A DNA stretch of 61,313 bases, counting the filler, from Sphacelaria rigidula (lineage: Eukaryota): NCBI GenBank assembly GCA_964200075.2. It is 8 parts of 8 records of this genome, joined end to end, with 100 filler letters (N's around TTAATTAATTAA, not from the genome) between each part and the next. Parts side by side here need not be neighbours in the genome. Positions count along the whole stretch, not along the records: positions 7,678 to 15,254 come from CAXNAA020014264.1; positions 15,355 to 22,931 come from CAXNAA020014265.1; positions 23,032 to 30,608 come from CAXNAA020014266.1; 5 more parts are not named here. One strand, written 5' to 3'. The translations under genes were made by a program, and so were the position numbers. The notes under the pieces were generated by a model, which saw only the letters and a list, made by a program, of their open reading frames with translations, did no database searches and was not told the DNA's origin. Of the stretch, positions 11,193 through 23,393 are shown one piece after another (within the stretch, counting starts at the first letter, position 1; each line of letters opens with the position of its first letter).

Positions 11193-12606
11193 CTTCCTCT
11201 GTCCCATAAGTAAAGTCCGTTATGGGGAAAAGATCGTATATCGCCAATGGAGTTGCCCACGACGCCATGGTTGGGTTTTTTCAAAAGCTGTTGACATGGT
11301 GATGCTCGTTGAACAAAAAAAAAATCTGAATCGAAATTACTGAGAATTAATGGGTCAAAAAGTGGGCATTTTGGCGGGAATGTGAGAATTTTTCGAGAAA
11401 TGTTTTTGAGAATTATATTTAGAATTTCTGCTTTTCTGGGCAATTGAACGCCCATTACCCCCACAACCACGATGGAGACCCCCCCCAAACGTAAGCGGGG
11501 CGCAGATGTGTTGTTGGGCCGCCGGTATGCAATGGCGGTGGAGATAGCGATGGTCATTCCCCCAGGAAATTCGAGGCTGCCCAAGGGCGTTCTAGGCCCC
11601 ATGGCGGAGCGTTACGGCGTTGGTGCTGACTACCCCAGAAAACATTGGAAGTACAACGCAAGAGGCACCTGCCCAAGATTATGGTGATCGTTGCAAACGC
11701 TCGGCCTGACCCGAGCCACAACTTCGACGGAAAGATCGGCATCTGGCGCATTTGTGTCCTGAAAACCGCCGCGCGGTCGTCCAAGAGGAGGAAGAGGGGG
11801 GAGGAGTACGAGTTCGACTGCACCATCGACGCGGAGTGGTACAAGACGTGGTACATCGACGAATATCTGCCTGCGATAAAGCTCAAGATGCCGTGGCTAC
11901 GTTCGAAGCGCGTAATCGTCCAGCAAGACGGCGCAAGCCCCCACACGGGAAAAAACAATCCCGAGATTTTTAACTCGGCGGGGATGGGGCGGGGTTGGAT
12001 GGTAGAGCTAGTCACGCAGCCTGCACAGTCGCCTGACTTGAACGTCAACAACTTCGGCTTCTTCGCATCTCTTAAGTCGAGGGTATGGGGGATGAATGCA
12101 AGTTCGATAGACGAGTTGGTGGAGACTATCTTCAAGCAGTACGAGGAGTACGACGGTGACACGTTGGAGCGGGTTTGGCAGAGCCTCTTGAGGGTTTACA
12201 ACCAAACACTACGTGAGATAGGCGACAACGACTTTAGTGTGGAACATTCCGGGGTGAGGGTGCGGCAGAGGGCAGGAACGTTAGAAAGGGTGGTAAAATA
12301 TTACAAGGATGCCTTTACGAAGGTCTGGGACTACCTAGCGGCAGGCCCTAGCGACGACGAGGGCGGGTAACATTTGTTTTTTCTTACACTTTTTTGCCCC
12401 TGCAGAAGGGCCTAAATATGGCCTTTTTTGGCCCGACTACTTTTTTTCGGACGGTCGCGTGAGCCCGGGAGTGCGTAGAAAAACAGAACAAAACGGGGTT
12501 CAACCCAAAAAACATCAAAGATTTCAAAAAAATTATCGTCTGCGACATCGGACACGGCTAAGGGTCCGTGTGATCATAACGGACTTTACTTATGGGACAG
12601 AGGAAG
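11193..12606 (+). mobile_element. Tc1/mariner transposon of plant-mariner (DD39D-like) type, internally deleted, upstream of the CNOT10 exon and presumably intronic
   Basis: Perfect 32-bp TIRs CTTCCTCTGTCCCATAAGTAAAGTCCGTTATG (11193-11224 and 12575-12606) with TA on both sides; transposase remnants inside. Confidence 0.95.
11472..12370 (+). pseudogene. Mariner transposase remnant: N-terminus (11472 to ~11650) joined out of frame to the catalytic C-terminal part (11645-12370)
   Basis: Motifs KRHLPKIMVIVANARP, FDGKIGIW, IVQQDGASPH, QPAQSPDLNVNNFGFF. The first-Asp segment (usually HxDEKWF) is absent and the third Asp position reads Asn. Confidence 0.9.
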
Positions 12607-12653
12607 TATGGAAGTAAATCCTTCGTCTATACATGGCTATTTTGTGTAAGTGC

Positions 12654-13013
12654 TGTGTGTGTGTGTGTGTGTGTGTTGTCGTTCCATAAATTATGGACGC
12701 CGCTTTCGGTATATGTAGGCACACCAGCCGGGGTCACGCAGGAGGAAGGCCAACACAGGACTTGTTTTCTTTTTTGTTTGTTCTACTTCTCCACCTTCCT
12801 TGTGCGCTGCTTGCCTTTATTTTTTATCGCGAGAGGGGTGTAGCAGTCCCGCCCCCTCGTCGACCATGGAGTCGAATTTCGTGTACCCACGACGCAGTCG
12901 CTCTCCACTGTAGGGCATTGTGTGAGAAAAAAACCCAGGTCGCTCCGGGATTCGAACCCACAACCCAACCGTCAGAGGGATTCGAGGTTACCAACTGAGC
13001 CACCGGTGCGACC
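12654..13013 (-). mobile_element. tRNA-derived SINE, family 1, with (CA)n tail; headless relative near 32225-32490
   Basis: Head 13013-12938 has A box TGGCTCAGTTGG, B box GGTTCGAATCC and paired GGTCGC/GCGACC ends; ~260-bp body; (CA)n tail. Confidence 0.85.
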
Positions 13014-13298
13014 GTGCGTATCATGAATGAATGATCATGGATGCATGATATTCTCTCCGTTCCTTTTGCTCTCTTGAAAATCTGTACGTACTCGTCGAGA
13101 ACAATCTTTTCATTGACATGAAACTCAATCTTCCTCCAAAAGCAAGCAGGCGCATCGCTCTGCACGAGATACGCCTCCTCGAGCTCAAATCTGTCATGAA
13201 ATATCACCAACTCCTACATCATTTGCTCACTTCATATCTTGGGGGTTCGCCCTGCAACCACGTTACGGTTTGCACAATGCGGCACAAACACTTTTCAA

Positions 13299-13571
13299 CT
13301 CTTTTGGAACAATTGATGGAAAAGTGACGATTCACAAACTATGTCCCATATGCGAGCTTTCGTCACCGGGGAAACGTCACTTCGTGTTCGGTGCACGAAC
13401 CTGCGACATTATCAGTATACTTGAAATTAGAGTGGTGGACCATTTTGGTGGGTTGCATCATCAGCAGTTGCTGGAAAACAACCACACCTTGCACAAGAAA
13501 ACGTCACTGGCAAATCGTCACTTTTCCGTAATTTGCAAATCGTCACTTTTCCATCAATGGTTCCAAAAGGG
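13299..13571. mobile_element. piggyBac-type MITE (273 bp)
   Basis: ~34-bp TIRs C[T/C]CTTTTGGAAC.ATTGATGGAAAAGTGACGATT, flanked by TCAA (left) and TTAA (right); shorter relative at 44683-44882. Confidence 0.8.
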
Positions 13572-14204
13572 TTAAACTGGGTGCAGAACACTGCGGAAAC
13601 TCCCGAATTCCGCGTTTTCTAGTCCAACACACCGGGTCTACAGCAGTACTACAGGACAACCGAGCCATGGCAAAAGATACTGCAGATAAAGCATGGGGGG
13701 TGTAAAGCCTCCGGGCAGTGTCGCAACAGCCCGTCGACAGACTTGGTCCACAACCGAAGTTCTTCAGGATGCCACCAAAAAAAAAACAGCGGAACAGCCG
13801 TCATCCATACAGCAGCAGGATTGTTGATTCACCGAAGGGTAAGTTAAGGATCTTTGACGAAACGAGCCTAAGGGCTAAATAAGCCAAGTGGGTGTCTGTC
13901 TTAGGGGCGGTACTAGGGCCTTCGATTTCCGAGAGAGGGTTCGCAGTCTCTATTTTCGGGTATCACAACTTTTGTCACGACTGCGTGTGGGTGTGGTTCT
14001 GCGCAAGACCTTCTCCACCGAACCCATGTGGCAGAGGCCGACAACTCTCCATTTTTCTCCCTTTTTCTGTTTCTTCTGTTGTCTCTTGTTTTCCTTCCTT
14101 GATCTACTCTGTTGTTCTGTTCTACCTTGTATGTTTCTCCTCTTTTCTTCAGCGAGCATTTCAGTGTTTATCTCGTCTCAGTTACGTCAGTCGTGTTGGA
14201 TAAT

Positions 14205-14276
14205 AAGCACGGCTGGATCATGACTACCTGGGGGAGGTCGGTTAAAGTGTGACAATCAATCAAATCAATCAATCAA
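14205..14276 (+). repeat. Probable 3' end of a non-LTR element with (AATC)n tail; similar end at 8890-8947
   Basis: CACGGCTGGA...GTTAAAGTG..ACAATCAATCAA at both sites, each preceded by pyrimidine-rich sequence. Confidence 0.55.
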
Positions 14277-14465
14277 CCGATGAAATATGTGCCTCTGTAG
14301 GTTCCCCGTAGTAACACCCCGCACACACCCGAACGCACCTATGGAGACCAAGACACGTGTACCCGCGACCAACCAGGGTACATAAACCAACTGATGAACT
14401 GCAGGTTGAGTACGTACGCCGAGTTTGGACTCCAACGAGCGTCAGGGAGGCAAAAAAAAACGTTC

Positions 14466-14468
<3 letters not shown>

Positions 14469-14511
<43 letters not shown>
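14469..14511. repeat. (GT)n microsatellite
   Basis: Direct reading. Confidence 0.95.
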
Positions 14512-14512
<1 letters not shown>

Positions 14513-17500
14513 GGGTAGGGTAAATACCCGGGTGTTTGCCGTCCCGAATTTTGTGTTGCGATGGTCCCATCCCTAAACTCCACTCAACTATTATATTGTT
14601 GGGGAAAAGTTAGGTGTTGTTGAGTACGATCTCAATGCTCTGCCCAAGTTTTGATTGAGTACCTAGCGCGTACGGTTTTTCAAAATGGCTGAACGAATGA
14701 GATACCCTAACAAACGTACCGTTGAAACCGTTGCTATCGTAGGGCAGACCCGAAAATTGGGCTTCTAGTGATATGTGTGCATTTTTCGACCCGATGACGT
14801 CAGCATCGCACATATATAGCCTCAAGACAAGAACACAAAAATAAAAACCTGGAACATAACATGACGTACATTGCTTTGACGTAGTTTCTAACGCAAAAAG
14901 CGAGAGAGCTACGGCACTTCCGGTGGGTGCCATCGCGCCCCTTCGTACAGCAGCAAAATCTCTCCTCTCATCATTTCTGCTTTTAGAGTGCATTTCGTCT
15001 CTAGGTCGCAGCCGGAGTACGTCTGTCGGCATCTCACCATATTTCTGGTTAGAAATTAACCGAAAAAGGCAACGCGTACGGGGTTCCATCTTTCTACAAT
15101 ACCCTCGTTAGACATGCCCTGCAGCATTTGTTTGGTTTCAATGTCGCCCTACAGCAGTGGCACGAGGGTGCTGAGTGATATCCGCAGAATCGCGCTTCCT
15201 GTGTGCATGTGTTGTTGGGTCCCATCAGTAACCCCCCCCCCCCCCCCCCCCCCCNNNNNNNNNNNNNNNNNNNNNNNNNNNNNNNNNNNNNNNNNNNNTT
15301 AATTAATTAANNNNNNNNNNNNNNNNNNNNNNNNNNNNNNNNNNNNNNNNNNNNGTCTCGAAAGGGATGCGTGGTCAATGGTCGAACGACTAAGGCAAGC
15401 AACAAATGAGTACGCCCGCCTCCCTCCCGGAGGGCAATGATTCGGAAATGGTCCACGGTTAGAACGACTAAACTCGTAATTCGACTCATATTCATCATTT
15501 CAACGAATAAATCATACTATCTCTACATCATTTGTAATTCATACAGCTTCTCAGCTCGGCATCGTGCAGTATAACCAAAAGGTACCCGATTTCAATCTTC
15601 TATGAATACCGGGGTACATAATGGGCACATATGTCATGAAGATGCATATTAGCCTGTTGTCATGCCGCTTCAGACCCGTTGTCGAGTCTGGCTATTTGCT
15701 TTCTGGTGTTCCGGTTATCAAGACTGCAGATCTGTTCGGAGTTGGTCGGGTACGAATGTGAGCTTGTATATGGTAAGAGATGGTGACAGCCAGATCTTCT
15801 TGAAGCAGGTCCAGCTCGCCTACCTCCCTCACTATCCATCGCTACCCTATTGCTCTCCAGCAAGAGACGTCTAAGCATCGGTGAGACCTATTGACTGGTT
15901 TGGAATTGGATTGATTGATTGGATACTGGACTTAAAAACAAAACAATCAAGGAGAAGCTAAGAACCATCGCGTGAAACCTCGTCTGACATTTAGTTGCTG
16001 AGCCTATGTGCAGCACCTGCAAGCTATGACAGCCTGACTGTTGTCCACTTGCCTCGTAAGCTCGTGCCTTGGGTTGCAAGCGGTGCCCTTGCAAATATAG
16101 CGCAACATCTCTTCATTACGTTGGCGTTTGACTAAGGAGCTTCTTCTTTTGCAATGACGTTTGCTTCTTGATACCGATTTGTATCCCTGCCCGTCGAGCT
16201 GCGTGACCCCAGCTTTTGTGATCACTTTTGCCCCCTCGTGGTTTCCTTCGGTACGGTAAGTACTCAAACCTATCGCTTCACGATAGTCAGTCGTTAAGCT
16301 ACTGCAAAGCTTCTGCCCTGTGTGTCCCCTGGTAAAGAGTATTCGTGCCCTGCTACTTGCGACTTGCTGCAGCGCTTGACTGCACATCTTGTGCTACGTT
16401 GGGTCGACGCACACCGCTTGCCAGTCTCGCCTTGCTGTGATTTTGTGACATATACACCTGTACGCTGCACGGTGTAAGTTCCAACTGCACGACGTAAATC
16501 CCTTGGCGATTCAGTGCGGCACGATCACGCGCCAAGCCATCCTTGGCTCGCGTATTTGGTCTTGTTGCCTCATTCCCTCTGCCAGGAGAAGTCTTCTACT
16601 ACAGGTTTGTACAGAACACCGGTGCACAAGGCGCACTGTTGCTCATAGTCAGCTGCTGTCCCTGACCTGAGCTCCTAGCCAACTCAGCACTCTGTTGCTC
16701 TCATATTATTTATTATCGATTGTACGCGACCGTTGTATCTTTTCTTCACGAAATTACTGAACAGTACAACCCGCCCTCTCAGAAGGTGACCACGGACATC
16801 TGAACACGAAACGTGTACCCTTTCTGGCACTTTGGCTTCGTTGCTTGTGGCTACTTTGTTGATGCTCTCTTCTGGTGTACTTCGCACAGCTATAGAGCAG
16901 CGCTGTACATCACCGTGGTGAGTAACAATACACCTCACAACGGACTGCAGGGTGTTTGTCATCGACCCCCTCTCGAACAATATCAATCAATTGTTCCGAG
17001 ACGGTTCCGTCGCGATAATACTCGTTGGACACATTCCAAACCTACGTTACATACTCACTTGGAGCAGACAGCACTCGAAACCAGTGCCCCTGCTGTGCAC
17101 AATTTCACCTTTGTTTCACATACGTACGTCGCCTTAACTCCGTTGTGTAACAAGGTTTCACCCTGCACTACGCAGTCCGATCTCGCTGCCTCACGCTGCA
17201 CGAGTTTGGTGCTCATCTGAAAAGAAAAATCATTGTACACCGCCAGTTGCTCCTCAATTTATGCTAGGATAGTACACTTATAGTCTGCTGTGGCGCCACA
17301 CCCGGAATACGTGTGAGTTGTACGACTTTCACGTGCCAGAGCTGCTACAGACAACCGGATCTTCGCCTTTCTTCGACGCCATACGTCTGTTCTGTGCGCA
17401 ATCCCGAGCTCCGTTAATAGCTATTACCGCCACAACTTAGATAAGTTGTATTAACCGGACCCGGACATAGTTGTTACAGCAATTCACCCGAATAAAAATG

Positions 17501-18001
17501 CTCAAGTGAATCTGGTCCCGAGGTTCTCCCAGGCGCTATTAGACTTCATTATCCCGTATTTTTCGGATACAAACTTTAGCCTTTGCACGTAGCATCTCGT
17601 GGTGCCACGCTCCTTCGATCAGAGTCGCAGACCAGACACACTGCCCCTCCTTTTTAAGCACACAAGTTGCGGACGATCATCATGTCGCACAGAAATCACG
17701 CTGGCTCTTCCCCTCATTTGGGAAATCAATCGCTTCGTCGGACACGGAGGCAAACAACTGCCGGTTCGAAAATTTTAATATGAGTGTCACGTAACCTTCA
17801 ACTCATCGCCGCACGTATGCGAGCGCTGTTCGATCTTCGGGATCTGAAGACCAACCTTCGAGCGATGCTCGTTCTTTAAAGCTTGAAGACGAGACTATGA
17901 CGCCGAGACCTGTTCTCTAACGTTCCGACTCGGACTCCGAGAACAAGATTGTGCAACTCGCTGAGTATTGATTCCTAATGGACATGTCAATAAACCCATA
18001 A

Positions 18002-21000
18002 CGATGGATTCCGTTGCACCCCCCTCGCTGCGTCCTGTTCTTCCGAATCCCAATGTGGAATCCGAAGTCAGGATTGTGCCTCCAGCTGAATCGTTGCCCC
18101 TGGACACACGTGTCCAACTTGGCCCTGTCACGGTTGCTTCAACCGTGGCACCCCGTCGCATGACGGCTGACAACTCTCGAGACGATTCTGTCCCGACGAA
18201 GCGTATCGCTTCTGGAGCAAGAGACTTTGTCACGCGAGCTGCTTCTGTTACGGGCCCCCATCGCATGACTCTCGATAGTCCAATGCGCCCTACTGCGCAG
18301 TCCAATGTCGAACCCGCAGTTGCGGCCATGCCTGCTGCCATGCAAACTCTGCATCGCACTTGATCGGCGTCATCGCACTCGCCAGCTTCAGCTCTCATCG
18401 AGGCATTTACGGCTCTCTACCAGGCCACGCTCCAAGATCAATCGGCGTGTGCCCACGTGCAATTCAATGATGATTCTGCACCTGCCACGCCCAAACCCAT
18501 ACGTTTGGCACCCCGATCGGCGACATCGCGTCCTCCGTTCGTCACTCATGAAAATGTCAACGAACATGAGTCCAGCCTCTCCTCAACGCCAAATCAGAGT
18601 CTTACTCGCGCTTCTGACCGGCGCCGGACCCCAACAATTGGTCACGGCCACGTCTCCCGTTCTGGAAGTTCTAAGGGCAACTCCCAGCGAAGCTTGAATT
18701 CATCGCGCGTTTCTACACGCCCGAAGCACGTCGCTCATGGTCAAAAATATGACGGTAGTTCACGCCATAGTTCCGATTCATCGCGCGCTCCAAAGCACCC
18801 GGTGAATGCCAACCGTGAACGTACTCACGAGGATGATTTGCGGAACAGATCCGTTCTTCGCGCGTTCACACGCGCTCGAAAAACACCGATCATACAGCCG
18901 CGCGCACCTCTCCTGCTCCGCATCTGTCACGCCGCCGTTATGTACGCAATGATAACACTGCACATGCTGATGATATCCAAAACATATTTTCGGACATGTC
19001 ACCGGCTGTGGAATCCTCAATTGAAGGGTCCGGCCGCACCTCATCGCAAAACCGACGACCACGCACTGACCGCGAACCACCGTCCCGCTCCGATGCTGCG
19101 CCTATTCGTTCTCTTCAACAACGTTTGACAGAACTTGAGCGACAACTATCAACCATGAACACTTCAACATCCGCTGCCGCCGCCGCTATAGTCACCACGA
19201 AGTCCGCTCGCGCTTCTGCAGCTACTGCTGCCGCTACCGTGGCCGCTACGCCTTCAGCCGCCCCCGTCACGGCTCTTACAACCGCCGCCGCTCCGTCTGC
19301 CGTTGACACGGACGCCGACAGTGGTCCAACCACAGGCCCCGTCGAGGATGCCCCCGTGCGCTCGCCTCCATCCGTGGAGGTTCTCCCCCCGCTCGGCGAC
19401 GAGCGCTGCCTCACCGGCCTCCTTTTGAGGCTGTTCACAAACCGCCCCCGCGCGGAGCAGCTCCAACGCATTGACGACTACGCGTCACAGGCACCTGCAC
19501 TAACCCAAAACATCCTCGATCAGCAACGTGATGCTGACGCCGCCGCTGCCCGCCTCCTTCTGGAGGACTACGCAGAGAAGCCAAAGGATCTTCAGCGGCA
19601 GGCCTCCAATGCCCAATGCACGAGCACGGCGGCGCAACGAGGACTGCAGGAAGGTCGTACTGCAGCCATGGCGGCTCAGAGACGGGTGCGCGAGCTGGAA
19701 GACCATGTCCAGCGAACGGCTCAAGAAGCGGACTCGTCGGTGGCGCGCTTGTCCAACCATCAAACCTCTCCGCCTTCCGCCAATCACTTGCTCAGTGCCC
19801 GCCAGCCTCGCCAGCTAACGCCAACAGGTCTACTTACGTCATCCCACGTAAGTCCGACAAGACGTCGTCTGCTGTGGCCGCTGCCCCCCCCACGACGGCT
19901 CCAACACCGCCACCTCATGGAGCTAGCTCGGCGGCGAATGCCGTTTCTGCCCGAGACTTGCAACTGAGGCCCCACGAACGAGAGTGGCTTTCTCGTCCCG
20001 TGGCCGCCTATACCGGTCTCTTCCAACGCCGCAATCACCTTCATTGCTCCCGCGACGCATGTACCCTTATCTCACAGCGAACGTTTTATGCTGTGGGGGC
20101 TTACGTGGACCAAGGCGTCGCCTTCCCCAAAGATGGCGTATCAGTGCTCACCTTGGACCAATTGGTAACCCTAACTCTTCAGACGACCATCGGTGATCAC
20201 CCGGACCACGAGACTTACGTTGATGCTGTCATTCAACTTTTTGCGGCGCTCCGCGCCGCCTACAATACTCATCCCGGCGCCATCATCGACGGAGACGAAG
20301 ATGAAGATGAATGGACTCCCGCAACCTCCAATAACCGGGGTCAGACGAAGAACCACAGGCGCGATGACAACGACAATGACGGCGGAAATTCACGCCGCCG
20401 CCATGGCGGTTGAGGATCTTGTTCGGGTGGTTCCGGACCGAACCACCCGCCTCGCAAACCGCACCGCAAGAACGCCAGAGGTAACTCTTCCGGTTCTTCC
20501 GCAACTGGCTGGACCCGGTCTGACACAGACCTTCCCCCCTCGGGTTCGGCGACCCCCAGGCAAGTGATTCCGAAATTGGCTGATGTTTTGGCCCGCATTT
20601 TAGGTTTATCCGATACGGACACACCTGACCGTCCTTTGTCTTCCTCTGCAGCCCGCGCCTTAGCAACCGCTGCGGCTGACAAAGAACGTTCCGAAGCTAG
20701 CAAAAAAGCAGCTTCTGATAGAGCTGAGTCTGCCCGAATAGCTCGGTCTTACGCCAAAAACAAAAAAGCAAGTCAACTGCCAAGAAACCTCATGTATCTT
20801 ACGACGGCTTAACAGGGTTCAGTACTGTATTTTCAGTACAAATCAAGGGTTATTTTGCTTGTGGGTTTCTTCGCCGTGTCTGTTGTAACCAGCCTAAAAC
20901 TTGGCAAAGAGGTAGACCACAGCACAGACAGTTTATTCCCGGAGCGGCGGCACGTTTTACGTGGTGCACTAGTAGCACGAAGAAAAATACTGATTTTGGG

Positions 21001-22742
21001 CAACGCCATCGACACGCCCTCAAAACGCAGTCCCTTCGGCCCAGACTGCGTGAGACGTCATTGGATGCATATGTTGACACGCAGATACGCTCACTTCCTG
21101 CTGGGTGGCTCCTGCCCCGGCAAACGAACACATCGATCCGTCTTGAGCACACTCTGGATGATGTCATTCTACGCGGTACCTATCTTGGTATCGCCTGTAG
21201 AGGTGCTCAATTCACGGGACATGGCTATGCAAGCGCTGTTAGTGCTTTTACGTGCTGGAACTTCGACCACATGCCATGTAGACTACAGACAACAACCCGA
21301 TCTTGCTGAATCTGGGGTTGCGCGATATGTGCGTGCGTATTGGGGCGAAAATATGTCGGGTTCTGTTCTGATCTTTTTCTTTTTCTTTTGGCGTAAGACG
21401 GAGCTGCAATACAGAGACAGTATATTCAGATGGATGTGAAAACACTCTGGCATATCAAAACCATGCCTGCTGCAAATAACGAAGATTCGGGCCAGTTTAC
21501 ATCTGCCCTTATCACGTCCATCCGCCGTACTGTTTGTAACATCCTTCACTTGACGGATGTGACTGGCACACAACGTTTCGAAGATTCCGACTGGGTAGAG
21601 GGCTGGCAGACTCCCTTGCACAAAGCAATGCATCGATCGATCAGCCGCCGCTCTCCCGACCTCGCTGCTTCTTTAACGCAGATTCTCAACGGCTTCCTCG
21701 CCGAGATGGAACCGGACCGTGCCAAGGGGAAGAAAGGCCCGGTATTACTCTCTGATTTGGAGAGGCGTCTGATCGGTTACTTCGATAAAAGTGACCAGGC
21801 TAGTGCCATCCAGAGGCTGAGTTCCTTTGTTGTCGCCTCTGATGTCCCTTTCGCGGACTATCTCCGCGAATTGAGGCTTTTAGTTTCGGGTACGATGGGA
21901 GTCGGACGTCAGAACGGACCGAGCGATGCAATGTGTCAGACTTACGTTCGCAATAGTGTTGCTCAACAGTATCCGGCTCTGATGCCGTCGTTGTTTCCGG
22001 GTGTCTTGGCGCATCGCGAGGTGCCTTATGCCTCTATTGAAACTATCTGGTCTGCTTTTGTACACCAAGAGGGTAATCTAACGCCTGTCATACGTGGCAA
22101 ACCTTGTACGTCTGTGCGTTCACAACCTACGGTTGTGTTCTCCGCCCATGCCCAAGGGGCTCGCGGCAGGAATTCGAGCTTGTCTCAGTAATGCATGTTC
22201 AACGTACCAGAGATGCATTTAGCGCGAGTTTTGACGGTTGGCCGTTTTCCGAGGAAACTTGGGATAATGTTTATTTGACTCCAACAACGGTATTCATAAT
22301 CGATGACCCCCATTTGTGGAACCCACTTCTTTCGTCTTCCGCTAGACGCAATGCCTTCAGCAGCCATGCCAACAGTTGCATCAACTGTAGTGTTCAAGGC
22401 CACAGCATGCGCGACTGTGACAGTCCATGCATCAATGCCTTTGATCTCATGAACCCTGAATTGCAGGACAATGAACCCGTGTGGCGCCGATGGTAAAAAG
22501 GCATGCGCGACTGTCGTCCACCAAATCGAAATCACCGCAACAATTCGAACCAACGTGGCAACAAAAGCTCTAATCGCGGTCGCCGACACAACAACAATCA
22601 CGGGAGCCCTCGCCAGAACAATCATAATTATCGCGACAACAAACGTTCCGCTGATAGACACCAGCGGACAGGACCGACACAAAGTCCTAATCCCAACACC
22701 AGAAACCCTGGTACCTTCACTACGGATCGCTTAGATCCATGA
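18002..22742 (+). pseudogene. Long disrupted gag/ORF1-like region of a retrotransposon, truncated by the contig end before any pol domain
   Basis: Chain of overlapping plus-strand ORFs: Pro/Ser/Ala-rich N-terminus, coiled-coil-like segments, a helical region at 21430-22191, zinc knuckle CINCSVQGHSMRDC (CX2CX4HX4C) near 22378-22420, then an Asn/Arg-rich tail. Confidence 0.65.
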
Positions 22743-23132
22743 CGTGCCGACGCCGGCATTCTTCGGTCTTCCACGCCATCGATAGCACGGGCGAAGACTT
22801 TTTCAACACAGCCCGCGGAGTCCGTGTCAAAAATTGCTCACTCGACTCTCCCGGCACTATCCAGGAGCGTAACTGACGGCCGTTCATATCGACCCCCGTC
22901 TCGAACCTCCACACAATTTTCAACACAGCCCNNNNNNNNNNNNNNNNNNNNNNNNNNNNNNNNNNNNNNNNNNNNTTAATTAATTAANNNNNNNNNNNNN
23001 NNNNNNNNNNNNNNNNNNNNNNNNNNNNNNNAACAACCGTTGCTGCTTTCAACCACGATCTGACTCGAAATTTCGAGCAACAAATGGCCCAAAATCCCCC
23101 CCCCCCCCCTATCGAAGGATGACTCAAATGAC

Positions 23133-23393
23133 GAAGCTGTTCATTTGTTTCTTGCACTACAAAGACACAGAGCGAGTATACACATGAAATAGCGAAGCTA
23201 ACCATTTTTCTTTGCACTAAACGTAGACCGTATGTATATATACATGTAATAATGAAGCTGTATCTTTTTTCTTTGCACTAACCATAACACAGACCGGATA
23301 TACACACGAAGTAGCGAAGCCGACCATTTTTCTTTGCACTAACCGGGGCACCAGACCAGATATATACATGAAGTACCGGAACTAACCATTATT
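23133..23393. repeat. ~61-bp minisatellite, about 4.3 units
   Basis: GAAGCT..CCATTTTTCTTTGCACTAA...TATACA.ATGAA.TA units start near 23133, 23194, 23254, 23316, 23378. Confidence 0.85.

Noticed and set aside
12938-13013. tRNA gene
   Set aside because: A and B boxes are present but the anticodon arm is not canonical and the sequence runs into a repeated body and (CA)n tail; it is a SINE head
23133-23393. CRISPR-like array with a conserved CATTTTTCTTTGCACTAA core
   Set aside because: The intervening sequences are homologous to each other, there are no cas genes, and the context is eukaryotic; it is a minisatellite
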